A stretch of 63,858 nt of DNA, counting the filler, from Lenisia limosa (Eukaryota; Protista; Breviatea), in assembly GCA_001655205.1 (NCBI GenBank). It is 13 parts of 13 records of this genome, joined end to end, with 100 filler letters (N's around TTAATTAATTAA, not from the genome) between each part and the next. Parts side by side here need not be neighbours in the genome. Positions count along the whole stretch, not along the records: positions 42,724 to 51,056 come from LPNZ01008718.1; positions 51,157 to 54,202 come from LPNZ01006467.1; positions 54,303 to 57,192 come from LPNZ01010058.1; positions 57,293 to 58,926 come from LPNZ01007905.1; positions 59,027 to 60,314 come from LPNZ01002411.1; positions 60,415 to 63,858 come from LPNZ01009999.1; 7 more parts are not named here. One strand, written 5' to 3'. Under the pieces are notes generated by a model. It was not told the DNA's origin and did no database searches. It worked only from the letters and a program-made list of their open reading frames with translations. Shown one piece after another: positions 50,050 to 60,949 of this stretch (the stretch's first letter is position 1; each line of letters begins with the position of its first letter). The position numbers and the translations under genes are program-made.

Positions 50050-51002
50050 ATGTCAGCCTCACCCCTTCTTCTGTTCCTCGCGATTGTCTTCTCCTTCGCT
50101 CTGAGCAATGAGCAGCTCGTCTCCCACTTCATCGATAGGCCTTTCAACGCCCCTTCTGACAAAATTGCTGTCCTGGAAGCCGCAAGATCCTTCTTACACG
50201 TACGTCGGGGGGTGGCATCTCCACTCACACTGCGGCGCATTGACTTGGGGATGTATTTGGGAGTCAAAGCTCTTCAGATTTCCAGATAATTAATTACATG
50301 AGATTCCCATGTAAAATGAAAATCCCAACTTTTTCATAAGAATCCCAAATCAATGTGCTCCGAAGTGCTTATGACATTCCTCACATTCCTGGATTCCATA
50401 TTGCCCTTTTTATCCACAAATCCTTCTTCACACAGTATCTACATGAATATGGTGAGTGGTGATGACATTATAATGGTGGTTATTTGCACCATACCATTCC
50501 AACGGATTCATTTGTCATGGATATCAAATATGAGACTTGTTTGGGAGGTCCATTTCACCGGACCACCCGACAACTCTTTCCAAACCCATGTGTTTGCTTC
50601 TTCTCTTTTTTCAAGTGTGTTTCTCAAATGTTGGGCTAACAGAGTTGATTTTTGGTTTTGTTTGGTTGTTTAGTCCCCCCCCCCCCCCNNNNNNNNNNNN
50701 NNNNNNNNNNNNNNNNNNNNNNNNNNNNNNNNNNNNNNNNNNNNNNNNNNNNNNNNNNNNNNNNNNNNNNNNNNNNNNNNNNNNNNNNNNNNNNNNNNNN
50801 NNNNNGCTTTGTTGTTTTTAACCCTTGTGTGTTTCTAACCAACAAAGTTAACTTTGGAATTTTTCTCTCTATAGTATATTACCACTAAACAACCCCAGGA
50901 TCAACCCGGACGCGGCCTTATGGCGGAGGATCTCTTTGCAAGCGGCGAGATTGACAAGTTCTTTGTGATCGATATTCGCAACCATGCTGATTTCTGTGCC
51001 GG
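50050..51002 (+). CDS. Secreted protein with a possible rhodanese-like domain, partial
   Basis: Signal-peptide-like MSASPLLLFLAIVFSFALS. A later exon, DKFFVIDIRNHADFCAG, resembles the rhodanese IDVR...F..GHI start; it is truncated by the contig end. Confidence 0.45.
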
Positions 51003-51280
51003 GTGGGGGAGGGGTATGCGTCTATGTGTGTGCGTCTATATTGTGTGTGTGTGTGTNNNNNNNNNNNNNNNNNNNNNNNNNNNNNNNNNNNNNNNNNNNN
51101 TTAATTAATTAANNNNNNNNNNNNNNNNNNNNNNNNNNNNNNNNNNNNNNNNNNNNTCCCAGCTAAGTCCTCCTTAACTAACCCATGCCAGCTAAAATAA
51201 AGAAAGGGAAGGAAGACAAGAAGAAAGCTGGGAGACAGTACTAAATGACTACTGGAAGAGAACAGAATAGACATTGACAG

Positions 51281-52840
51281 ATCATTCATTTGCAGGTTAT
51301 GATCATGCAGTTTCATCAGAACGTCCACTGCCTTCTCTTCTTGTTACTGTGGGCCCTGATTGGTATTATTTATGATGTCCGTAAAGAAGCCTTCTCGCTA
51401 CACTTTTCTCTTTCTAGCGGACCAACCTTTGTTTTTGCAATCATCCCATAACAAAGTCCTGATGACAGGGCGAATCCGAGGAGTTTGTTCGAGTGTCACT
51501 TACCCTTATCCCTCATCCCTCTTATCTCTCCCCTCTTGATGAGAATAAATAGATGTCAGGTTTTTTTATTATTATCTCAGGTTGTTTCAGTTTTCTGCGC
51601 AGCAACTCACAGTGTCTTCAACAAACGTAATTAATATTAAGGTGATAATCAAAGATTTGTGTTGTTTGACTCTTCAGAGCCTTCGTATCACCCCTATCAA
51701 TGAGGAACAGCTACCCATCTGTCAAGTTGAAACCCTTGGTGAAATAAGGTAAAGTGGTTTGTTTTTATTTTAATTTTGTTGTTTTAAACTTGCGTTGTTC
51801 TAGAAGGTATTATACCTAGTAACGTTCCTTCATTTCAAAATAAAAGTGGTTCTAAATAATATATCATAGTATATACATTTTAAACATATTTGGAGTTATC
51901 TCACATCACTGTAGAAACGTTGCTGGCTATTTAAAGATTTGCCACAATGGAATTTGGAAATCTGTAACCGAACCACCACCAATTATAAACTGTTGGTGTT
52001 TAGTGAAGGATTTTATATATCTTGAGTACATTTTGACGGAATATCTTTCATGGAGCTTTGGTAGTTATATTGTCTTCATCCAGAGCAACTGCATACCTTT
52101 ATTTTCCTTTTCCAACAACTGGATTGACCCATTTAGCCCTTCGTTCAGTCTTTTACGCTCAGGCATCAACCAAGCTGGCTTTAGATGGCAGGCATTATTA
52201 TTCCGGCTTTTTGCGAAGCAGGTTGGTTTAATTTATTTGGATAAGTATTGACCCTTTCTTAATGGGATAATTTTCAAATGCAAACAGTTGTAGTAATATT
52301 AAAGAAGTATGCAGGGGTTGGAAAAGCTAACTTCCTATTGTTGAAGGTAGTGGTTATTTGTTTAATTTGACAAATGGTTTTAATTTCAGCAGACCCGGAA
52401 ATTACATTGCCCAAAATGTGGAAGTTGATAACCAAAGTATCACTGTTCCAAAAGAAGGAATGTACTACGTTGCGGCAACAATGATAGAGTAGGTGGTTTT
52501 GTAGCTGAGAAACGTAGTATTATTGCGTTTTGATTTTGTGAAGGTAATATAATATTGTTGGTGTTGATTGATTTTTAATTGTCTTAACAATGGCCCTAGT
52601 ACATCTGGTACAAAGTCAGTGTATCTCACTGTTGGCTCAAAACGATCGGAGCTGATGCGCGGAAGTTTTGCCTCTGATCACACCACCCTTTTTGCTGCGG
52701 AGGTTGGTGGTTTTTTTGATGACTATGTTTTATCTCATTTTTGATAATTACATTAGATTATTGAGATTGCAGCGAATGCGACTGAATTGGAACGTTCATT
52801 GTCTTTTGATAGTGAAATTGAATATGATACATTCAGTGTA
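51281..52840 (+). CDS. Short-intron gene fragment with a possible C1q/TNF-like jelly-roll motif
   Basis: Exon 52390-52488 reads NVEVDNQSITVPKEGMYYVAATM, a +VP..G.YY+ pattern. Neighbouring short exons are bounded by GT-AG. Confidence 0.35.
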
Positions 52841-54302
52841 AGGAGGGAGTATCATTGAGTTAATGAATGTGTTATCGAAACAGGATCAAACTGACTCTTT
52901 AGTTGGAAGTAATGGTGGTTTATCTGAGGCCCTCCCCTGGAGCTGTTGGAGGTTTGATTGACTTTGAGTTAAGTGTTATAACCAATGTAGCACCTTCTCC
53001 CGACTTTGCTTTAGTTGGTGCAATAAACCCACCTAATGTTGGGGTTTCTGCTCCTGTTATTGAAGCAGTTTCCGCTACAACGTTTGTTTTTATTGTATCA
53101 TTGAGTATTTTCTGTAATTTGCGCCTAGATTTGATATTCTTGGTACTATTGTCACTCTTATTACCTTTAGTTTTGATGTATATCAAACGGTGGGGGCTGA
53201 TACATCAACTGGTTTGAGGTGTTGATGGTAAAATGGGGTTGTCATTTTTGTTTTACTGTATCTATTTTCTTTTATGATGATATACTGAGAAATTTTTAAC
53301 ATTTTTTTATTATCTTCTGGAATTCAGTATTAATATTTTCAGGGAATCACATCATGCCACAAACAGGGGTGTACATCTATGGCTCATCCGGGCAGTGAGT
53401 TGGGGTTCAGGGTTTTGGCTTTTTGAAGTCTGTCTTGAACTTTCTCCCCATTTTTTTTTTTAAAAATTTGAGGTGAAGGTTTTCTTACTTGTCAAGACGA
53501 ACCACTGGGAACCGGCTCCTGCACTATGTTACGCTCCATGATATTGTGGGTTGGATTTCAAATTTTGTTTTGCAATAATTATTAATTAGAGTATTGTTCC
53601 CTTCAGGAATTCTGGAGACAACATTTTTTCCCTCAATATATCGCGTCAGTTCAAAATTCGGTTTTTTTGCTAATTCGGGGTTTTTTTTTTGNNNNNNNNN
53701 NNNNNNNNNNNNNNNNNNNNNNNNNNNNNNNNNNNNNNNNNNNNNNNNNNNNNNNNNNNNNNNNNNNNNNNNNNNNNNNNNNNNNNNNNNNNNNNNNNNN
53801 NNNNNNNNNNNNNNNNNNNNNNNNNNNNNNNNNNNNNNNNNNNNNNNNNNNNNNNNNNNNNNNNNNNNNNNNNNNNNNNNNNNNNNNNNNNNNNNNNNNN
53901 NNNNNNNNNNNNNNNNNNNNNNNNNNNNNNNNNNNNNNNNNNNNNTCTTCAATATTGCTATCACTGGCTTCAATGCGCTTTTCTTTTTCAACAGTCTCAT
54001 TTGTATCTTCTTGTTCATCATCAGATAAAATCAACTCTATATTGTGAGCAAAAAGGGTAAGTCTTAAACAAACGAAGAATATTAATGTGTTCATCAGGGG
54101 ATACTCGTGTTGGTTTGCCTCTTCCTCTGCCTCTACCTCGAAATGCAGTGACATAAAATGAAATGATGGTTTCAATTGTGAAGAAATCGTCGAACACCTC
54201 AANNNNNNNNNNNNNNNNNNNNNNNNNNNNNNNNNNNNNNNNNNNNTTAATTAATTAANNNNNNNNNNNNNNNNNNNNNNNNNNNNNNNNNNNNNNNNNN
54301 NN

Positions 54303-57000
54303 CTCCATGACCATCATTTCAGCTGCGGACCTCCCACAGAAACTGAAGGTCATTGGGGGGGGGTGTGTCTGGCTTTGGGGATCGGTAAATATGGACGTTA
54401 TTACTGTGATCTGTCTGGTTTTATTTTATTTCCAGTTCTTTATACCTGGCCAAAATGGGTAACCAATTCAGGGGCGCACCGCATCCCTTCATTGGAAACG
54501 AGGATCTGGCTCCAAGAAGAAGGCTATGCTTGGTATGTCGCAATTTCTGTTCTGCACCTAATTGTATAGTGATATACCGTATACTGTAATATAATATGTC
54601 CTTATGAATGGATCAGCAATACCCACAGCGGTTTAAGCCAAATGCCAGGGTTAATTTGCAAATCATTTTAACTTCGAACCCTGTTGGTGTGGACGGCTTC
54701 GGATAGACACTCCCAATCCCTTTTCTGCTTATTTTCTTGAGGGTATTCAAAGGCATGATTATCTAGGAAAGCATATTGCACAGGGTTCCACACGCAAGGC
54801 CTTTGTTGGTGAAGATTCCTTGGCAGTCTGGGAAGAAAGGTATGGGGATGAAGATATTCTGGGGTTTTTTTTGTGTTTCAAAAATATTCCATTTTTACCA
54901 CTCACCCAACACCCCTCCCCCTCCCTCATTTCCCCCAAAATTACGCATATCGCTTTGCATTTAGAAACGAACAGAATGTTCCTATTCGGTTGACTTGTTT
55001 AGATTTGAATTCATGTGTACCCTATTCAAGAAGTCTAAAGGAAATGGATACGAGGAAAAGTCTTTAAGTTTCAAACTCATTGTGGTATGCTGGCTGTACT
55101 CAAAAGACATGTTTATAGTGTTACTGGATTTGACTTTCTTTATGTTTTCCATTGCTGCAAATCCACAATCACATTCACTCCACCGTAGGATTTGATGAGC
55201 AAAAGAGGGGAGGAAAAGCTGGCGACAACATCCGTGAATCTAAGTGATTACGTGACAATGGCCATGCCCCACAACGCCGTCATCAAACTCGGATCCACGT
55301 GTAGACTATTTGTGAGGGGCTGGGTTTTGGCTTATGTTTTCAGTACCGGATACTACCTCCATGAAGCCTTCTACATTTTTACGATTTTAGGTTTCCTTCA
55401 CAATCAAGCTTGTTGGAGAAACAGAGTTGGGGGATTCAACCTACATGTATATTACATACCTTAGTCTATCCTTGGGCTAAATTTAATTGAATTTCTCCAA
55501 AAATTATTGAGATGATATACATGTAGCTATGTGTTTTTTTTTTGTTTGTTTTGGTACCATATTGAGGCCGTGCCAAACTACCTTGGGAGAAATGTATGAA
55601 TGTATGAAAAGTGTTCTCTGTGAGCAGTATTTCCATCTCAAACAACTTATAATGGTGATATTGCCCCTTGAATATCCTTTTTTTTCAAAAGTACAAACTG
55701 AAGTCTCAATATTTGCATCATCTTTAGTACTATAGTACATAGGGAAGCCTTTATAAAAGAATCGGGAACTCTTTGTTCCAATGTGAATATAATTTCTAGC
55801 ATGCTGACATTTCAATTGACACCACAGGGCAAGAACTATTAGAGACGCGGACCTTTCAGCCCTGGACTCTGTGTAAGCTATTGGGTTATGATGAGTGTTT
55901 ATATGGAAGGTTCTCCCACAGGCTATAGGGTTTAATATCGATATTTTTCAAGGATTATTCGGCAACAGTGTTTTTGGGGCTTAGTGAAGCATTAAATGTG
56001 ATTTTTCCAAGGACTTTGAATTTATTGAGGAGGGTTGTTGGTTGTGATTGTATGAAACATATCATACATATATAGCTATAGCTACGATATCATTGTATTA
56101 ATATACTCATAAAGAGATACAGAATTTTTGTTTTGGTAAGGTTTGATTGTTTATCATTGTGATTTGACTATTTCTGATATCGTAATTTCCATTTTTCACC
56201 GCCCCACCGCCCCCGCCCCGTATGCTGGAGTGATGGGANNNNNNNNNNNNNNNNNNNNNNNNNNNNNNNNNNNNNNNNNNNNNNNNNNNNNNNNNNNNNN
56301 NNNNNNNNNNNNNNNNNNNNNNNNNNNNNNNNNNNNNNNNNNNNNNNNNNNNNNNNNNNNNNNNNNNNNNNNNNNNNNNNNNNNNNNNNNNNNNNNNNNN
56401 NNNNNNNNNNGATGAACCGCAGTCGGATAACACGAGTAGTGTGGCTTCTGGTGGGGGGAGGGGGTGATGATGTTTTATTTAGTGCATTTTTTGCTTGTTA
56501 AGATATGATATGGAGCTATTTCCGCATATTAAGCTATCTAAGTCTCTTTTTATTTTTGTTGTTGTTTTTTTTATTTATTATTTCCTTCGTCCCATTCAAC
56601 CCTCGTGTGTTTCAACATAGTTGATTGGATTATTTATTTCATACTACTTTCGGTTTCACTCCCTCCCCCTCAGCCGGCCCATCTGTACGATCGCGAAGGT
56701 TGCAGCCCCCTACCAGCACCCCCACCGTAAGCGCATGTCATCATGTGTTATTTTTAAAGCAGGGGTTCAAATGGATAAGTTGTCTATTCTTTACTGCGCG
56801 TCATATTGAACGTGAATCACGCCACTTTTGCCTCTTTTACTCCTTTCTCAAAATCGACTTAAGCGTCATTATCAATATACACTTTTATAAGCTAGATGGT
56901 GTGGGCTTCCGCCAGATACAACCTTGTTTTTTATTTCCCATTGCTATATATAATTCCACCCCAGTGCCTCGCCGACGAGTCCGAGGACGACGACGAAGGT
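54303..57000 (+). CDS. NT-C2 (EEIG1/EHBP1-type) domain protein, partial
   Basis: Exons give AVWEE..FEFMCTLFKKSKGNGYEEK...EKLATTSVNLSDYV, followed by low-complexity acidic exons. Confidence 0.65.
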
Positions 57001-57778
57001 GGCATTGACGACTTCAGTGTGGTGGTAGGGGGGTAATGTTGTGAGGGGTGGCGAAGTTGATTATTTTTTCCACATTATTTACAATCCCACTTTCCCCAGG
57101 CCAATTTGACCGTTTCAGATTATTCGGTTCGTGATTTGTACCTCACACCAATTTTTTTCATCGAAATTTCCTTCGTTTTACCCCCCCCCCCCNNNNNNNN
57201 NNNNNNNNNNNNNNNNNNNNNNNNNNNNNNNNNNNNTTAATTAATTAANNNNNNNNNNNNNNNNNNNNNNNNNNNNNNNNNNNNNNNNNNNNGAATTTAA
57301 AGCGTTGGGTAGTTTCACGAGGGTAAAGCTCAATGGGGTGCCTGGAGGGGTGGCAGAAGCTCATTTCCCTCTGATTGCCCAGAGATGTGTCTCTTTCTGC
57401 CTGTCATTACGATTGAAGAAGTGAATTGTGTCTTTTTCTTTGCCGGTTTAGGCAATTAGTCTCATGTGTGATGAGCAGAACTGATTTTATATGATATCTC
57501 AATTCGCTTTTCACCAACGTTGTATCAGTATGTAAAAATGAGATTATATATTACTAAATAAAACAAAGCATCACCGCCATTAAACTTATCAAATATTAAT
57601 TCACCCAGTTAGTTACAGGGACAATATGTAGACCAAATTCTTCCAACCATTCATCAACCTTACCAAAATAATCCTAATACGCTCCAGAAGTCTCACCCTG
57701 TTTCGTTATGTGAGAAAAAAATCAATTTAAAACAAAAACAAAGTCAAAATGAAAAGAAGGAGATAATCACTGCAGGTA

Positions 57779-58879
57779 TACCAACTTCATCATCTGACTC
57801 GAAACCCTCGTTGAACGTAGCGTTATCCATTGGACTACTCATTGGGGACCTGAGCATGATTAAAGCCCGAGTCCACTTAATTTTGGATACAAAATTATTG
57901 TTCTGGGGTGGATAAGTGTATAATTTTGAGTTTAATCATTTCCGTAAGATTATTAGCTGAATTCCTGATAGGGTAGAGTAATGTCTTCGTTTTGCAATAA
58001 TCATCTAAATTAATGGAATTTAGCACTTTCTATGGGTGATTTTTGACTTGAAAACTATACGATTTGACCAATATTTCATGAAAAGTTAATACCTAGAAAA
58101 CGACAAAATATTAATATTTTCCAATTCTCTTGGAGTTGACTCAGAAAAATGCATATAAAATGCAATGCTCCACGAAAAAGCAGCCGAAATTCAATATTGT
58201 TTTCGCAGTTTAAGTAAACTCCCCGTGTGTATTTCTCAAGTTCTTTTTAAAAATGGAATTCGGAACCGTCACGACCGTCAATATTCATAAATATTGACAC
58301 TGATGGTGTTTGTGAAGAGCAATTGTTAATTCGACCATCAAAAAATTTGAGAAGCGCCAGCCAGCTTCCTTTTCATTTCCTATTTGCAAATGTCGGGACA
58401 TACCTGACTGTTTGCGTTCCAAGAGTCAGGGGAGAGCTGCGATATGGGGCAAAATTCTGTTTCCTAGTTGATTATTTGTCTCACAAATATAGATTGAACC
58501 CATAAAAAAAAAACTACAAATAGAGGAAGTTGGGTTTGTGATGTCCGATTCAATATTATATCATACATATTGGATAATATTCGTAGTAGTATATGATATG
58601 AAGTATCAGTCTTACAAGCCTGGGAGGATGCTTATATTTCTTACTTTCTTCCTGGGGAGTTTTGCATTGGTGAACTCTGAAACCGTCAAGGACATATGAA
58701 GAGGGAAAATAATTCAAAAGTGCATGAAGAGATCTTTGTTATAAACGCAGACCTCGGCCCTTTGTGGGATCGGAGCTTGAACAATCACCCGGGGAGGAGA
58801 GACTTCTGCAACAGGCGGCGAGTTGTCACTTTCAACATCCATTTGTGGTGGTGAGCTGAGCGGTAACCAAACGTGAATA
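57779..58879 (-). CDS. Fragment of a Ser/Pro-rich unidentified gene
   Basis: GT-AG exons read IHVWLPLSSPPQMDVESDNSPPVAE..., SSPMQNSPGR and SPMSSPMDNATFNEGFESDDEV. Confidence 0.4.
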
Positions 58880-59049
58880 TCTAGGAGGTGTATAGATATA
58901 TAGATTATACATACTACTATATCTAANNNNNNNNNNNNNNNNNNNNNNNNNNNNNNNNNNNNNNNNNNNNTTAATTAATTAANNNNNNNNNNNNNNNNNN
59001 NNNNNNNNNNNNNNNNNNNNNNNNNNTGTTAGGCAAAGTTATTTTTAAT

Positions 59050-59919
59050 TTATTCTTTATTCGATTCGTATAATGCAACAAAATCAGATTCTTTCAATAT
59101 TCTGATGTTCTGTCCATTATTTTTCAGTTCTTCTGCTTTTCTGTGTTTCGAGCTTTTTTCCTTTCCCGAAAGTTTACTTATGTCTTGGTCTCCAACCACT
59201 AAAAGAGTTGTTTTTTTTGTTACTCCATTTACTACTTTACAACCTATTTCAGATGCAAGTACTGAAGCTTCTCTTCTTGGAATTTGTAATGAACCTGTAA
59301 AAACTAAAATTTCTCCATATAGATTTCCATCTGGATTTCCCTCTTTAGAAACGGAATCACTATAATTTCTCGCATTCGCTAAAATTGGATTATTTACTCT
59401 TATAAGCCAATCATCAATGGTATTATCTTTCTCTTTAATTGCGGAAATTAAAATATGTGCGCAAGCTTTAGCATCTTCTAAAGCATCGTGGTGGTTAAAA
59501 GAGAAATTCAATTTTTTACAAACATTCGCAAGACCGTATCCTTTGTATGCAAATTCTTCCCAACATCTTCGTGAAACTTTTGCTGTGTCAATCCAATTGT
59601 TTTGAATTGTAGGAAGTCCATATTTTTCGCAAGTCCGATTTATTGAAACTCGGTCAAAATGAGTGTGGCAAACGCAAATGTAATTTTCCAAATGTTGTTT
59701 AAGAAACTCGTAAACTTCTGGGAATTTTGGACTGTCAACAACATCTTCTTCTGTAATATTATGTATTGATTCGTTCCAAAAATCAAAGTAATCTTCTGGG
59801 TTTAGTAGACTTGACCATTCTTTTTTGATTTGACCATTTTCATAAATAACAAATCCAATTTGGCAAATTGATGCCATATCAGAATTAGCTGTCTCAACGT
59901 CAATTGCCAAAAAGTTCAT
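59050..59919 (-). CDS. Bacterial DEDDh 3'-5' exonuclease (DNA Pol III epsilon-like) with C-terminal BRCT domain
   Basis: Intronless 289 aa. ExoI AIDVETAN, ExoII CHTHFD, ExoIII HHDALEDA. BRCT LYGEILVFTGSL..RREA..LASEIG...VTKKTTLLVVG...KAEEL...IRILKESDF. Confidence 0.95.
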   Translation of the reverse strand: MNFLAIDVETANSDMASICQIGFVIYENGQIKKEWSSLLNPEDYFDFWNESIHNITEEDVVDSPKFPEVYEFLKQHLENYICVCHTHFDRVSINRTCEKYGLPTIQNNWIDTAKVSRRCWEEFAYKGYGLANVCKKLNFSFNHHDALEDAKACAHILISAIKEKDNTIDDWLIRVNNPILANARNYSDSVSKEGNPDGNLYGEILVFTGSLQIPRREASVLASEIGCKVVNGVTKKTTLLVVGDQDISKLSGKEKSSKHRKAEELKNNGQNIRILKESDFVALYESNKE

Positions 59920-60290
59920 TAGAAAGGATTTTTAAGTTTTTCCAAGTCCATTGTAAATGTTACGGTTACTCCTGTTCTTGTACAAGTCAAAACCATTTCT
60001 TCGTCCATATCTATATTCAAGTCTTCTCCACGTAACGCTTGCCATTCGGCAATGTAATTTAATGCTCCGATTTTTTCCTTTTTCTTCAAGACTTTTTCAA
60101 CTCCGCCTTTATATCCAAGAACAGGCAATTCACCTCTTTTTGCTTTTTCAGCTAATTCAGGTTCTTTTATTGCTAAAGCTCTACCAACTTCATAATTTTT
60201 TATCAATCCTTTATCTTCTCGTCTCCAAGTTTCTTCCCAAGTTAGATTCTTTCTATCAGGTTCTGAAAAACTTCTGTAAATTCTTGTCAT
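59919..60290 (-). CDS. Bacterial hypothetical protein (123 aa), translationally coupled to the exonuclease
   Basis: Its TAA overlaps the next ATG (TAATG at 59921-59917). The leader AAAATTAAAACCAACGACAATG is A-rich and lacks a Shine-Dalgarno sequence. Confidence 0.85.
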   Translation of the reverse strand: MTRIYRSFSEPDRKNLTWEETWRREDKGLIKNYEVGRALAIKEPELAEKAKRGELPVLGYKGGVEKVLKKKEKIGALNYIAEWQALRGEDLNIDMDEEMVLTCTRTGVTVTFTMDLEKLKNPF

Positions 60291-60949
60291 TGTCGTTGGT
60301 TTTAATTTTGCCTANNNNNNNNNNNNNNNNNNNNNNNNNNNNNNNNNNNNNNNNNNNNTTAATTAATTAANNNNNNNNNNNNNNNNNNNNNNNNNNNNNN
60401 NNNNNNNNNNNNNNCCACGGTTTCCAACACCAACTATATGATATTTAATATATTAACTAGAACCCTATTCCAGAATTTCTAATTTTGTCAATTAATTTTC
60501 TCAAAAAAAATAAATTGCAAGGATCCCTAATGACTACCCCACTCTACACTCTGCTGACCCCTCCTCCAACCTGTTTCACACTTTGAGACGCAACAACCAC
60601 AACTTGGAATCCGACAAGGCGAGACTTTTTGGACAGGTAAGTCTCCCCTGTCTGTGGGGGGGGGGGGNNNNNNNNNNNNNNNNNNNNNNNNNNNNNNNNN
60701 NNNNNNNNNNNNNNNNNNNNNNNNNNNNNNNNNNNNNNNNNNNNNNNNNNNNNNNNNNNNNNNNNNNNNNNNNNNNNNNNNNNNNNNNNNNNNNNNNNNN
60801 NNNNNNNNNNNNNNNNNNNNNNNNGTTCATAATACTAACAAAAAAGACCCCCAATAGGTCCCTATAAACGGTTACAAAGTCAAAAAAATACTGTTAATTT
60901 AAACAGTTTTCGAGCCACACGTGGGGCAGCAATCCCATCTTACCATTCC

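Larger units (their letters stand above)
59028..60314 (-). mobile_element. Integron-type gene cassette (attC core-site halves at both contig ends)
   Basis: On the minus strand the contig starts (GT)TAGGCAAAATT, a GTTRRRY core. It ends AACTTTGCCTAACA, an RYYYAAC inverse core that ends 22 nt after the stop codon. The two ends are inverted repeats of each other. Confidence 0.6.

Noticed and set aside
53524-54060. ORF-track entries spanning N runs, and the many short antisense ORFs opposite the large exons
   Set aside because: They are open only because of unknown bases or as shadows of the real coding strand.
59027-60314. Horizontal transfer of a bacterial exonuclease into the eukaryote genome
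   Set aside because: There is no junction with eukaryotic DNA, no introns, and linkers on both sides. Contamination by an associated bacterium is the simpler explanation.
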